Below, one piece after another: positions 47,606-60,969 of a stretch of 64,000 bases of DNA. This DNA comes from Azolla caroliniana (taxonomy: Eukaryota; Plantae; Polypodiophyta). The translations under genes were made by a program, and so were the position numbers. How positions within the stretch are numbered: position 1 is the stretch's first letter; each line of letters starts with the position of its first letter. The stretch covers positions 14,570,001-14,634,000 of the forward strand of contig JBHGNT010000005.1 in NCBI GenBank assembly GCA_043228905.1. Reading direction: 5' to 3'. Below the pieces are notes generated by a model. That model ran no database searches. It saw only the letters and a list, made by a program, of their open reading frames with translations, and was not told the origin of the DNA.

Positions 47606-48762
47606 ATGGCTACTGTTAGCGCCCAAGAATATAAATCCGTTTTCTTCGAGTTACAGTGCCTAAAAGAAAAGTTTGTTGCCCTGGAACAAGAAAACCAACA
47701 GCTGATAGGGGATCTGCAACAAATCGCTCTAGAAAAGCAACAAACGCAGCAACAACATGGGGAGTTAGCATTACGGGTGCAACAACTCGAAGCGGCATTG
47801 CAACAACAAGGATCAAGTCCCCAAGGATTTCATAAAGAGCCGAAGATTGGACTTCCTGTGAAATTTGATGGAACGCGATCGCAATTCAGGGGATTCCTTA
47901 ATCAGGTACGATTAGTCCTCCAAATGCATCCTTCCCGATACCCCACTGATGCATCCAGAGTCGGCTTAATAGGCACATTGCTTAGCGGCTCAGCCTTAGC
48001 ATGGTTCGCTCCGCTTCTAGAAAAACAATCGCCCTTGCCTAATAACTTTGAAGATTTTATTAGTGAGTTCAAAGCCTGCTTTGGAGACCCCGACAGCATC
48101 AGGACGACGATCAACAAGATCCGGCGATTGCGTCAAGGCAATCGTCCAGCCTCTGCCTACGCGGCGGATTTCCGCCTACTCGCTTCCGACATACCCTAGG
48201 ATGATCAAGCACTAATGGAGCAGTTTCGCTATGGCCTGCGAAATGATGTCAAAGATCTACTTCTAACCTTCCCCGAAGAACCAAAGACTCTTACGGAGGC
48301 AATCAGTCAAGCGGTCCGATGTGACAATAGCCTCTTCGAACGGCGTTCGGAACGTCAATTACAGATACCATGCGCTAGGCCGGAGCCCACTTACGCCGCA
48401 GTCGCGGCTAGACCGTTTGCACGAGACATACCTCAAGCAAATACTTCGACACTGATGGAGATCGATACCATGCGTTGACGCGGCCCGTTATCGGAAGAAG
48501 AAAAGCAACGACAACGTGCAAATCGATTATGTCTTTATTGCAGTGGACCAGGGCATATCGCAATCAATTGTCCCCATAGGCCAAGAAGACAGGTAAATCA
48601 AATGGTAGCCTGTACTAAACCCGAGTCAATTCTTCCCTTAGGAGTGTCTGATAGTATTAATAGTACTAATAGAGTGTTTGATAGTATTCATAGTACTAAT
48701 AGCCCAAGTATCTCAAATAAATTTGAAATCCTTAGTCAATTAGATGAAGAGTTAAATGATTG
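47606..48762 (+). pseudogene. gag: Chromovirus gag with premature stops at 48197 and 48476
   Basis: EPKIGLPVKFDGTRSQFRGF, LRQG and a CLYCSGPGHIAINC knuckle. Confidence 0.88.
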
Positions 48763-48855
48763 AGTCCAGCCAAAATAGGAGTCGTTTGGTTGGACAGCAG
48801 CCCTAGATCTGTATAGCCCATTAGTGGTTCCATTCCTTCCAAGCAAGTTAGCAAT

Positions 48856-51800
48856 GTGTTCCTAGCCCAAGTCATTGTTAGTACTAAAAGTACTCCCCCA
48901 GTACCCGTCCTAGCACTTTTAGATTCCGGAGCTAATTCTTGTTTCATGGATCGAAATTTTGCCCAAGCTTCTCAGATATCCTTAAGAAAACTTCCTTGTC
49001 CCGCATCTGTAGTAGTCATTGATGGTCGTCCCATTGCTTCCGGGAATATTGTAGAGGAATCAGAACCCATTCAAGTTGTCCTAGGTAGTTTTGTGTGTGT
49101 AATATCATTTAATATAATTAGTAGTCCAAAGCATCCCATTGTCCTAGGATTACCATGGTTTGAATTACATAATCCAGGCATAGATTGGAGAACAAGAGAA
49201 GTCCGATATCGACCACCCCAAGAATCAACTCACCAAGCTTCGACCATTTCACTCCATCAACTACGGGAAGAAGGACACAAGGAGGCAATGTTCCTATTTG
49301 CAATATCAGTACATCCTTCCAGCACTATTAAGAAGGACTCCTCAGTACAACTTCCGGCAAAATATCATCCTTATGCCGATGTATTTGACAAGGTAAACGC
49401 CGGTACCCTTCCTCATCACCGTTTCTATGACTGTCCCATCAATTTACAACCAGGAACTGAGCCACCATGGGGACCAATTTACAACTTGTCACCCACCGAG
49501 TTAGAAGTCCTTCGAGCCTACATAGAGGAGAACTTGGCAAGCGGGTTCATCCGTCATTCGAAATCTCCGGCCGGTGCACCCATCTTCTTTGTCAAGAAGA
49601 AAGATGGCTCACTTTGTCTCGTCGTTGATTACCGCGGATTAAATAAGGTCACCATCCGGAATAGGTATGCACTTCCTCTTATATCAAGTCTTTTAGAGCG
49701 AGTTAATGGTGCCAACTTTTTTACCAAAATCGATCTACGAGGAGCGTATAACCTCGTGCGGATCCGACCGGGAGATGAATGGAAGACCGCCTTTCGCACG
49801 CGGTATGGGCATTTCGAGTATATTGTTATGCCGTTCGGCCTAACCAATGCACCCGTAGTCTTCCAACACATGGCAAATGATATATTCAGAGACCTCTTGG
49901 ATATCTGTTTGATCATCTATCTTGATGATCTATTGATTTATTCGAAGACCCAGCAAGAGCACGATTCTCATGTACTATTAGTACTAAAGCGACTCCGCGA
50001 CAATGGTCTTTATGCCAAGCTAGAAAAATGTAGCTTTGACTGCAAGCAAGTGGAATTTCTAGGCTATGTCATCTCCTCAAAGGGCATCGCCATGGATCCA
50101 GCTAAAGTCCAAACTGTACTAGAGTCGCAAATTCCACGGTCGGTACGAGATGTACAATGTTTTCTAGGTTTTGCTAACTTCTACCGTAAGTTTATACAGG
50201 ATTACTCCAAGATTATCCTACCCCTCACACAACTTACGAAGAAGGGCCAAGCATTTCTTTGGTCCATTGAAGCAGATATGGCTTTTCGGCATCTTAAGAA
50301 AGCCTTTACATCAGCACCGATTCTAGCTCATGTGGATACTAGCAAACCATTCATCATGGAGGCCGATGCTTCAGATTTCGCCCTCGGTAGCATCCTTTCT
50401 CAACAAGGAGATAAAGAAGAGTTGCATCCGGTGGCTTTCCATTCGCGCAAATTCGATGTTGCGGAAATCAACTACGAAATACATGACAAGGAGTTATTAG
50501 CCATCGTGGATTCATTTGTGCAATGGCGGCATTTCTTAGAGGGCTCTCCACATCAGGTCGTTGTCTTTAGTGATCATAAAAATCTTGCTTATTTCCAGAA
50601 CGCTCACGTACTAAATCGACTGCAAGCTCGGTGGGCGCAATTCCTCACGCGTTTCGACTTCAAAATCACATATCGACCGGGGAAGCAGCAAGGAAAAGCA
50701 GATGCACTATCACGCCGTTCATATCTTGCACCTCGTCCTGGTGATCCAACATTTGATAATCAAAAGCAAGTAATCTTGGGACCAACACGATTGCACACGA
50801 CGCGGATTTTTCACACCCCGATGGATTCACGGATTACCGATGACATACGTGCAACCTTGAAGACGGATAGTTTTGCTCAAGACATCCTGGCGCACATTGA
50901 TACTTCTTGGGCATCCTGTTCTCAGTCTCAACAACCAGGTATTGACTACCGACAATTCGAATATCATGATGGTTTGTTATTCTTTAAAAAGCGCGTTGTC
51001 GTGAAGATTTTCGTCCGTAGGCGGAAACCCGAGCGAAGCAAGCAAACCCGCGATGTGCAACGTTGCACATCAACATGTTGTATTTCTATAGTGATAAGTA
51101 TCGTGCTAGAAATGCACCTTAGGATTTGTAAAGTGTAAAGGTGATGTGCTTTTGCGCGCACATCCACGTGAGAGAGAGAGATAGGTACATAGTAGTTCGT
51201 GTAGAGGTGGGAGTTAAGACCCATCCTTCCCACCTCCCCTAAAATCAAGGGAAATATCCCCATTGATTGAAAGGGGATATTTTGTAGCACCCCTTTATGT
51301 AACGGTCTTCCCTCCTTGTGCTATAAAGGGAGAGGAAGAGCACCATTGTGGGGGTTGCCTTATTTTGAGTGTGAGTGAGGTATACCATTTCGTTTTAGGG
51401 TTAGGGTTTCTTTTCTTCTTCGTCGGATTAGGGTTTCGGGTTTATCATAGTCGTTTGGTGCGGCCTACGCGGCCGCCATTTTGTAATCGGTTTTCGGTTC
51501 TAACATATCTTGTTGAGCATTTGGCCTCCATCTTCCTCTTGTTCATTCTTTCTCTTCTTGTGCTAAGCTCCATTCCGAAGTCCTATTCCTTCTCCCCTTC
51601 TCCTTAGTCCAAGACCCCCGTGGTCCCGCCCTTCTCCACGCACGCGCGTAACAACGCGACAGCGTATATGTCCCCGATTGCTCCTGTCGCCTTCAAATCG
51701 TCCAACATTGTCACGACACCCATACGGCGGGACATTTCGGTAGTACTAAGATGTTGGAGCTAGTGCAACGATCTTTTTGGTGGCCCCACATGCGCCGTTT

Positions 51801-52983
51801 TGTCGACGACTACATTCGGACCTGTGATGCTTGCTGCCGAGCAAAGATGCCACGACACCATCCATATGGCTTGTTGGAACCCTTACCGATTCCAAGTAAG
51901 CCGTGGCAGTCTATTTGTCTTGATTTTATCACAGATCTGCAGGTCTCGAAGGGGTTCGATGATATCCTAACCGTCGTCGATCGATATATGAAGATGGCAC
52001 ATTTTGTGCCGTGTACTAAAGCCATCACTAGCGAGGAAACCGCCGCTCTTGTTATGCGTGAGGTATTTCGGCATCATGGCCTCCCAGACAGTATTATCAA
52101 TGACCGAGGCCCGCAATTTGGCTCCAAATTTTGGCAGCATCTCTTCAAGATGCTCAAGGTCTCCTGCAACCTCTCCTCCGGCTACCATCCACAGACCGAC
52201 GAGCAGGCGGAACGAACAAACCAAACGCTAGAGCAATATCTCCGGTGTTTCCTGAGTTATCAACAGGACAATTGGGCCGAGATTCTCCACTTTGCAGTGT
52301 TTGCGTATAATAATGTTATTCACTCCTCGACTCGGGTCTCCCCATTTTTCGCTTATACCGGTTTCCATCCTCGCTGGTCGGTGATCGACACTCCGGAGCT
52401 ACCTACCAACCCTCATGTCGTGGATCATTTGGAGAGGCTATGCAAGATCCAGATGGATCTCTCTACTCACCTTCGTCATGCTCAACACACACAGAAGACT
52501 TATGCGGATCGTCATCGGATTCCCTCCTCTTTTGCCATCGGAGATCGAGTATGGCTCTTACGTCGTCACATCAAGACTACTCGATCGTGCGACAAGTTGG
52601 ATTATCGACGACTCGGTCCCTTCCGTATTACGGGTAAGATTAATGATGTCACCTTCCGCCTTGATCTCCCTCCGCAGCTTCAGATACATCCGGTTTTCCA
52701 TTGTTCTCTTCTTGAACATTATAAAGCAAACACCATTCCCGATCGTGTGACACCACCGCCGCCCCCGCTGGAGTATGAAGTTGCTACCATTCTCGATTCC
52801 AAACTTGCTCACAACAAACTTTATTACTTGGTCGATTGGCTCGGTTATAGTCCGAGCGAACGTACTTGGGAACCCGGCGAGCATGTTGCCAATGCACAAG
52901 ATCTTCTTGCTGATTTCCACCGAAAGTATCCGGACAAACCCGGTCCGCAATTAGCACCGACTCGTTCCACTCATCGTCCTTAA
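48856..52983 (+). pseudogene. pol: Chromovirus pol (PR-RT-RH-INT-chromodomain) interrupted by a solo LTR
   Basis: Motifs LLDSGA, YLDD, EADASD and GYHPQTD; chromodomain EYEVATILDSK...YYLVDWLGYSPSERTWEP. Confidence 0.95.
50997..51661. mobile_element. Solo LTR of the 4-bp-TSD family
   Basis: TGTCGTGAAGAT...CGCGACA with perfect TSD GCGT. Excision restores FFKKRVYVPD. Confidence 0.93.
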
Positions 52984-55900
52984 GGGGGAGATAGTGTCAT
53001 GATATGTCATGATATGGCAAGTCTCGAACCCATGACCTTATGCTACATGGGTCGAGCTCTTACCATTAGACTATGAATTGTAATTTGTAGGATATTATTT
53101 TCATTTATGCTTTATCATAGAAAATTGATGTATATTCCAAATCTCTCTAGAACATTCTAGAAGCTTCAGGATTATTCCTAAAAACACTATAAAAGGAGGC
53201 ACAAGGCATTGTTTTGAACCAAATTGGTTCAACACCAGTCTTAAGCCTCTTAGCCGATTTGTACTTATCTTTCATATAATATAAGAGTTGTTGTCATCAT
53301 CCTATCTCTCTCTCTCCTCTTCTCACTTCCTCTCTCTCGGGAATCTTACGCAGTCCCGTCCTCTTAGTACTAATAGTACTACTCTTCTTAGTACTAATTC
53401 CATCTCTGCTTTAGTACTATTCCTGACATGTGGGGTCTTGTGATTGCTCGGACTATTTGTGCTCCATGCTTCAATAGTCCGCTCTAAAAATCCGAGGATT
53501 CGCCTCCGAGACTATCTCGATTCCTTTCATGATTGGCTCGCACCGTTAGGAATTGGACCGATCTTTGGTTGTCAAGACTCTTTATTCGTGCGAAGGCTGC
53601 TCCATTATCAAACACTTTGGTCTCCATCCGAGATGATGTGATATAAGGTTTCCCTAGGATGACAGGATGCAACGCCGATTCTTGTACGAAGAAGTGTTGA
53701 TCCATCTCCACATCCCCGATTGTGACTTTGATATTGGGACAAGCTCCGTACAAGTCCTCCGTAGACTTTGTTGCCGCGCGAATCTTCCATCCGTGGTTTG
53801 TATTGATTGGCCATCTTCCTTTTTTGTAGAAGTCCAAAACTTTTCCCTTCTTCTCATATTCGAGAACGGAAGTCCAAAACTTTGCTCCCGCTCTTGCAGC
53901 TTCAGTCTTGTCTTTCCCGACTCTTATTCCGGCCGACGCAGCATAGTGCATCGCATCCACATGAGTCGCATCAGCATCCTCCATACTTCATTCCTCCTCT
54001 TCCGAAATTCACCCGTAGGGGTCTTCTAGTCTCGCTTGAGCAGATCATGTTATCCTCTATGTATACGATATTTTGTCGAATCGCCTCTCGAAGGCTCGCA
54101 CAATCCCTTCTCATGTGGTCCATGCTATTGCACCACACGCATCTAAAGGGTTCTTTTCCTTTAGGGCCCCGACGATTCATGTTGGCTAGCGTGACCTTCT
54201 CGAACTTCTTCACTAGCTCTTCAATGATGTCATCATCAATCTTCTTTTCTTCCACGTTACTTTGTCTTGGTGGCTCAGCTACTTTCGGCAGTCTTGCTTT
54301 CTCCGTGGTAGTCGATCCCGTCAAGTCGGTGTCATCAACCCATTGGCGACGCTTGTCGAGCCTATTGCATGCCTGCTTCACCACGATCCAGTCCGCTACG
54401 AGCCCATTTGCTTGGGTATCATCTTCAAGAAGAGTTCCCAACTCTCGTCTATCCTTTATGTCCACGGCCTTCAAGAAGTACAAAGTCTTGTCCTCTTCAA
54501 GCAACACTTGGTCCGTATTGGGGAGACGACTAAACATCTGGTCGAATTCGTCGTACACCCTCGAGACGCTCATCTTCTTATTCTTCTTCTCTATCCACTT
54601 CATCAGGGCTAGTATCATTTTCTCAAACTCGGACCATGTTATTTTACCTTCTTGAAGCTCGATGACGCGTCTTTGGATGTTGTTGGCGACAACTCTCTTG
54701 AAGCTTGCGATTTGACGTGCCTCAGACACGTCCCTCTGATTAATCTCCCTTCTATATGCATCAAGGAACTTCGTAACATTCCTTCCATCGAATTGGCCCT
54801 TGAGCTCTACGACACGATCGACAGCCTTCTCCACGCTTGCGTCATTGTCCCGAGATCTCATCATTTGCTCGACGATTAGCATCATCCTTTCGAGCTCTCC
54901 CGCTTGGTTGCTTGAGGACGCCATCTCCAAGTATTAATCTCGACTTGATCCTTCCTACCGCCTCTTTCATGTCGGGTTCACCACTTAATTATGTCGTGAA
55001 GATCTATCACTACGTGCGGATCGTGAGGAGGAACCGCCAGGGTTCTGGACCGGAAGGATTCAAAATCGGTACAAGCTTTGGCGAGAAAGTACTTAAGATA
55101 GATTGGGAAAGAGAGAAGTTGAGATTAAATGATTGTGAGAGATTGATTGAACTTTTAGCTTTGGATTTAAGAAACAAGTTACACCATCAATTTGATAACG
55201 AATTTCTTCTTCTTAATTTCATAACCCAAAAAAAAACGCCTTTTTCTCCTCCCCCTTCCTTCTTTTATAGATGCTCTCATGCATATGATGCATCTGAGGG
55301 TACAAGACATGCATAAAATGCATGTTTGCCATTTGGCGCTTGTGTATTACATGTGGTGCATGATAACCATGTCACTCATTTTAGCTCTCATGTATGAGAA
55401 TTTACATGTAAAAGTACAATGATAGAAATATAAATTCAACTAAATGGCATGGCTTAATGGTAAGCCAATTGACTCCTAACTCGGAGGTGCAAGGTTCGAA
55501 TCCTTACATATATATTTATATATTTATTTATCTAGTCACCGGACGCCGGTTCACCGGATGCCGTCGGTTACTGGTGCCGCGCCGGATGCCGTCGTCTCAC
55601 CGGCGCGGGATGTCGTCACCGGATGTCGTCGGTTACCGGTGCCGCGCAAGATGCCGTCGTCTCACCGGCGCCGGATGCTGTCACCTCGTCGTCACCGGTT
55701 GTCGCCGGATACCACTGCCGTTGCCGGATGTCGTCGGTTACCGGTGCCTCGCTGGATGTCGTTGGTTACCAGTGCCGGCTGCCGCCGGATCACCGGCTCC
55801 ATCGCCGGTCTGGTTTTGGTTGGCCAAAACCCTTTACGAGTAGCTAGCCCACCTCCACTCTTAGTTCAAGTTACCTTGAACTCTCTATGCTCCACACATA

Positions 55901-56319
55901 GACACAAAGATAATATCTTTTGCTCTACCTTATATATGATGAGAGCCGTATTTGTCGTGCCTATGTGGGATATCTCACAATTTTCTCTTTTCCTTTCACA
56001 AACTTTATACCCTCATATCTTGACATTTAGTTGTTTGTTTCTCGTGTAATAAAGTGCATTCGAAACCTCCATCATTTTGTACTTAGATATTAAATTTATT
56101 GAAAATGTAATCTTCACAATTATTGTATTATGTGATTCATACTCGATTTTGTACGTTTTATGGGATTTTCACACTATAGCCGAAAATCTTCACGACAACG
56201 TATGTTATTTACTATTTTAGATACCCTTCTATAAAAATACGATTAATAAAAATACCCCTTAGTGCCAATATATATTTTGACAACAACTCATTTGAAATGC
56301 CCTTACATAGAAGACACAC

Positions 56320-56540
56320 ATATGTTTTATACATGTGTGTATGTATGTATTATATTGTATTGCATATGTTGTATATATTTTATGTATGTATGGGTTATGT
56401 GTGTGTTCATATGTATGTATTGCATTGCATGTATGTATTGTATTCCATGTTTATTTGTGTATGTACTATATTGCATGTGTGGTATATCTTAGTTGTATAA
56501 CATGTGTGTATGTATCTATGTGTTATGTGTTATGTGTGTC
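56320..56540. repeat. Degenerate (TATG/TG)n low-complexity tract
   Basis: Direct inspection. Confidence 0.8.
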
Positions 56541-58079
56541 GGGGCTCGTGTCTATTTGCACCTAAATCATAAATATTCTTTTACTAATAAAGACTCAAGA
56601 ATTCATTATTTGGTTTGATAGTTATTCCAAACCCTAAATTTTATGAAATTCATCAACAATCATCACGAATACCCCATCACTACAAGAAGTTCCTTCAAAT
56701 GCTCAATAACTTCTCACATCACAACATTATTTAACAAGGAAGAGATTAATATATGACTGATTCAATATGTGAAGCTTATCAAGCATATATGTGCTACATG
56801 GGTCAAGCCACATTTACCATACATATCAATCACACTATTGGCAATACAACATCTCTTTCTAATACACATTTTCCTTAGATTATATAGTTTGCAACAAACA
56901 AACACATGCAAAACCAACTTGCTATAATAAAGACATACCTACGGTTCAAATAATGTTTCAAACAAACACTAATTCATTAGATGAGAGGAAAGTAATATAT
57001 TACAACACATGCAATGATTTATTTATCAATCTCCTTCCTTTTACAACAAGTAGAAATGAGGACCTTGCATTCTCCTAATGATGTAGCACGAAGAAAGATG
57101 AATACAATGTTAGGTGATAATAAAAATCCACAGACACGGTTAGTGAAGATTAAAGTGGGTGGTATTCGATGAATAAACACACACTTGGCTTCAGAAATGT
57201 TCCTAATAAATGTCAACGTCCAAATCCAAAAAGTCGTGAAAGGAATGAAGACCATCCATACTTATAGAGAAAGCACCGCCATCATGAGCTCCCCATGAGG
57301 CTTCTCAAGACCAAAATAACTCTTCTTGCCTGTGACATGACAATAGCAAATATAGAAATTAACATGTTAAAAAATAACATGAGATGGAATGCTACCAATG
57401 CATGTGTGCATGCATTCATACATGCATACAAATAGATACATACAAACACAACCCTGCATATGCAAATACACATGCACACATATGAATATAGTAAAAATTG
57501 GATATGGTACTAAACCAATAACCCTCGAAAAGTGGTTTGAATCCTAATGGCCACAAATTCTCTCCTTCTTGTAGCTCATCCTACACATCCTTGCTTGCCA
57601 AAGGAGGGTCACTTCAAAGAGGTCGATCACACTCATGGCTCCTTCTCTCTTGCTCTCTTTGCTTTCTTTTCCTCTCTCTCTCTCTCTCTCTCAAACCAAA
57701 GCAACTCACTTACTATTGATAACTCCAAAATGTAAACATACATATATCCATGCCATGAAGAAAAAACCCTTATAAATTAATTCCCAATAGCCACTTTTTC
57801 AAAGCAACTAGACTCAATAAAGTGAAAAAAGGCTTAATACAAAATGCAAACAAAAAGACACTATTTCTATTCTAATAGTTGAATTAATTAATTATAATCA
57901 AACAATGAGAATCCCATATCATCATTGCTTTCTTCTTGTTTCTCGTTTACTTCTTCCTTCTCTTCTACAATAGGAGCACCACCACTACCCCCACCCCCAA
58001 CCGACGCTATTGCTCCACTAGACACAAAGCCGCCCCTCCTCCACCGCCAATGATTACCTGGAAGACCAATCCAAAAGTG

Positions 58080-58082
<3 letters not shown>

Positions 58083-58134
<52 letters not shown>
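58083..58134. repeat. (AG)n microsatellite
   Basis: Direct inspection. Confidence 0.95.
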
Positions 58135-58137
<3 letters not shown>

Positions 58138-58155
58138 CATAAGCAAGTGCTAAAG

Positions 58156-60045
58156 TGTTGTCCGCCGGAATAGTAACTGACGGACAAAGAGCGCAGTAAT
58201 ATGGAAAGAAACTGATATTGTAATGCATGTAACAGTTCACGCAGGAAACATGAACGGCTAAAAGACCCTGGGTATATAAAGGGCAGAAAACCTCTGAGAG
58301 AGGTAGCATGTAATTTTGAATGAAAAGGCGTATCTTAATAGAGTTCTATCTTCTCTGATATCTGTGTGCATCTGTGGTTAATATATTGTGTGTCTGTAAT
58401 TCTTAAGAGCGTAGGAGTGAGTGGCAGCGTGCGCACTAGCCCACTGTCTAAGGAGCTCTGTTGTAGCCGTCTCCCGTATAGACTATTAGGTTACGGGATG
58501 TATCCCCCTAAGCATTACGCACAAACGCTACCATTCGTTGGCACACAGTCACTTGGAAATCTAGGTCGAAGGACTGACCATAGACAGTGTTCCTAATCGG
58601 TAACACTTTTGGCACACTTGGTGATCTGTGTCTTCTCACAGACGAGTAGTGACGAATGGATGTTTAGCCGCAGACGCCCCAGAGAACCAACACGACCAGA
58701 CCGGAAAATCACAAGGTTCATCACACGCCAGGCAGAGGAACGCACACGTAAAAAGCCTCGCCTCAACGACCTCAGCACTACCTGTCGGGACCACAAAGGT
58801 GATTTCCCACTCTCCAAATACCTCGGCAATACGCGGGAACCGCGCTCACCACAACAACATTGTGGTCTTTCCCTGCCCGCCGTAGCCCCTAGCATGGCCT
58901 TTGCCTATCCCCGCTTTAACGGCGAAACCGACGCCGCAACCCACATTTGCCTGTTCCTCAATGTATGGAATGCAAACCACATGGCGTAGAACCTTTCTGA
59001 GGAAGTAGCGCACCAACTGGTCCAAAATGACGAAGTTCGGGTTAACATTGGATGGGCGAGCGGCGTTTTGGCATTTGCAAATGGATCTGCCAGCAATCAC
59101 AACCTTCGACCAGCTTCAGTCCACCTTTTTGCGGTTCTTCCATCGAAGGGTTCCACAACGCGAAATCCTCGGGCAGTTCTACACGATCGCGGATTTCAGC
59201 TTACATTTCCAAAATTTACGGCGGAAATTAGAACGGGCCCGGCGGAGGACGAGGCTAGGGAGACATTTATGGCGGCATTACGCCAACCCATACGGATAAC
59301 GCTCAACAACAATAGCATGAAAGGGGAAACGACCGATATGGTCATCGAACGAGCGCTACAACTCGAGCTGTACGACGAAGAGGAAAGGTTTTCCATGTCC
59401 TCATTACGACAAGTGTTACCTCAAGCGAGGAACGACATTTTCGTCAAGCAATCCAGTGCACGATTTGCTTGAATTCGGGGCATTCCGCAATGGAGTGCAA
59501 CATGTGAATCCACTATCCAATCTGTCAGTCGAAAGCTCACACAGTTGAGCAGTGCGAATACAATACGTTGAACAGAGCCACGCCCACAACACGCAGCATG
59601 GACACACAGGGTCCCCCACGCCATAATGAACAAAGGAGGCAGGAAGACTAACCACGGTATATGGATCGCAACCCACGTGACGACCGGCACTACCGGAATC
59701 GCCGGAATCACAACGATTCCGAGGAAGACGAGCCAGAGGATGAGGACTATCGTGGTCCCCCTAGGTATACTAAAGGGGGCTGGCGCTATGAGAATTATCG
59801 ACCGACAAACAAACATGTGGCTTCAACGGACCTCGTGGAAAGCAGCGGCAATATCGGGACCACCGGCGATATAATGAAAGCTCGGACGATGACCGGCACC
59901 AAGAACCACGTCGGGACCAACAGCAACCACCGTGTACGCTCCGACAAACGAAGTCGGACCGTGAGGTGCAAGTCACACCAGGGGATCGGCACACACCACC
60001 AGGGGCCGAGAAGGGCGAATCTAGCATCCATTGTTTTGTTGCCAG
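58156..60045 (+). mobile_element. Truncated Gypsy related to 5283-15081: 5' LTR 58156-58605, PBS-like sequence from 58610, decayed gag
   Basis: TGTTG...TAACA followed by TTTTGGCACACTTGGTG. Gag reads FGLTLDGRA...FLRFFHRRV, homologous to the intact gag. Confidence 0.82.
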
Positions 60046-60969
60046 CGAAGGCTCACCGCACTTCCTTGCCGGACAGGTCTCGTCGCCGACGATCCCTATC
60101 GAGGGAGCCCGTGCCCTCACGAGCACTTACTATCCGATCGACTGCTGCCACCATGGCTTCGGCGAGCTCCGATCCCCTCATCTTCGACTTCTCTGCCGCC
60201 TTGTTTCACGTCGGGTTCACCAAATTATGTAACGCTTTCACATAGGAAATAAGGCGGGACCGCAGGGGCCCTGAACCCAGGAGCAAGAAAGAGAAGAAGC
60301 AGAGCGGGAGAAGAGCGCAAGCGTAGGGCCGGTTAGGCCCATTTGCAACTGACAGCGCTTGCAGGCTAAATGAACCACTAACATGTATACCGACTGAACA
60401 AGAATCACACTCGCAGAAAAGGGGAGACTCACAGAAACACAGATAGATGAAAAACAGGAGATTCAATTACAATGTCAATAATGATTACAGTGTTTGCAAG
60501 ATTACAACCGGCTAGCCGGCGACAGACCCTACCCAGACGATCACACTCCCATGCACGCACGTTGTGGAGCCTCTGCCGGAAGCACACGGGCTTTCCCCGA
60601 AGCAGAGGCAATCGACTCAAAAAACCTGTAGAGAATAACGATAGATAGAGGAGGAGAGAGCTCGGTTCCCAGTCCGACAACACTTCGTCCTTGCCCAAAA
60701 CGCGATATTTGGCTTGGTCTCCCCTCCTACCTTTTATAGGCCGTCGAAGAGAAGCCGTTACATCCTGGTCACATCACCCTTATTCCCTGTCCCTTCGGAC
60801 AGGGATACACATCGATTTCCTAGCTAATGAACGTGTACTACCTAGTATATTTACATCAACCAGACTATTCCAAGTTATGTGCAAAGTGTTGGTTGGTGTG
60901 CACACGCGTAAGGGCCGGTTCCTACACCCCTTTCCCCGATTCCGCCTAAGGCCGGTTTTCTTCACAACA
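60046..60969 (-). mobile_element. Truncated Ylt1-like element: 5' LTR 60228-60969, tRNA-Trp PBS 60205-60222, gag start
   Basis: TTCACGTCGGGTTCACCA matches a plant tRNA-Trp 3' end as recalled. The LTR ends CTTCACAACA and is followed by ACGT. Confidence 0.8.

Larger units (their letters stand above)
47098..53428 (+). mobile_element. Tcn1-like chromovirus (Gypsy), near full length
   Basis: 434-bp LTRs at 47098-47531 and 52995-53428 (4 mismatches seen), TSD TGTGG, PPT 52981-52994, and a non-tRNA PBS GTTTGAACCAATTT. Confidence 0.97.
29155..56197 (-). mobile_element. Fungal/Ylt1-like Gypsy LTR retrotransposon, decayed and hosting nested insertions
   Basis: ~1.2-kb LTRs at 29155-30346 and 54992-56197 with 4-bp TSD ACGT. 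PBS TGGTGAACCCGACATGAA (tRNA-Trp type) at 54983-54966; purine tract at 30347-30358. Gag 53971-54930, PR about 53484-53984, RT 45774-46496, RH and INT 30419-32456. Confidence 0.92.

Noticed and set aside
55446-55506. Functional tRNA-Arg(CCT) gene
   Set aside because: The acceptor stem is incomplete, the anticodon arm is irregular, and it lies inside an LTR; reported only as tRNA-like.
56600-58100. Host gene exons
   Set aside because: Only short, stop-ridden frames with no recognisable domain.
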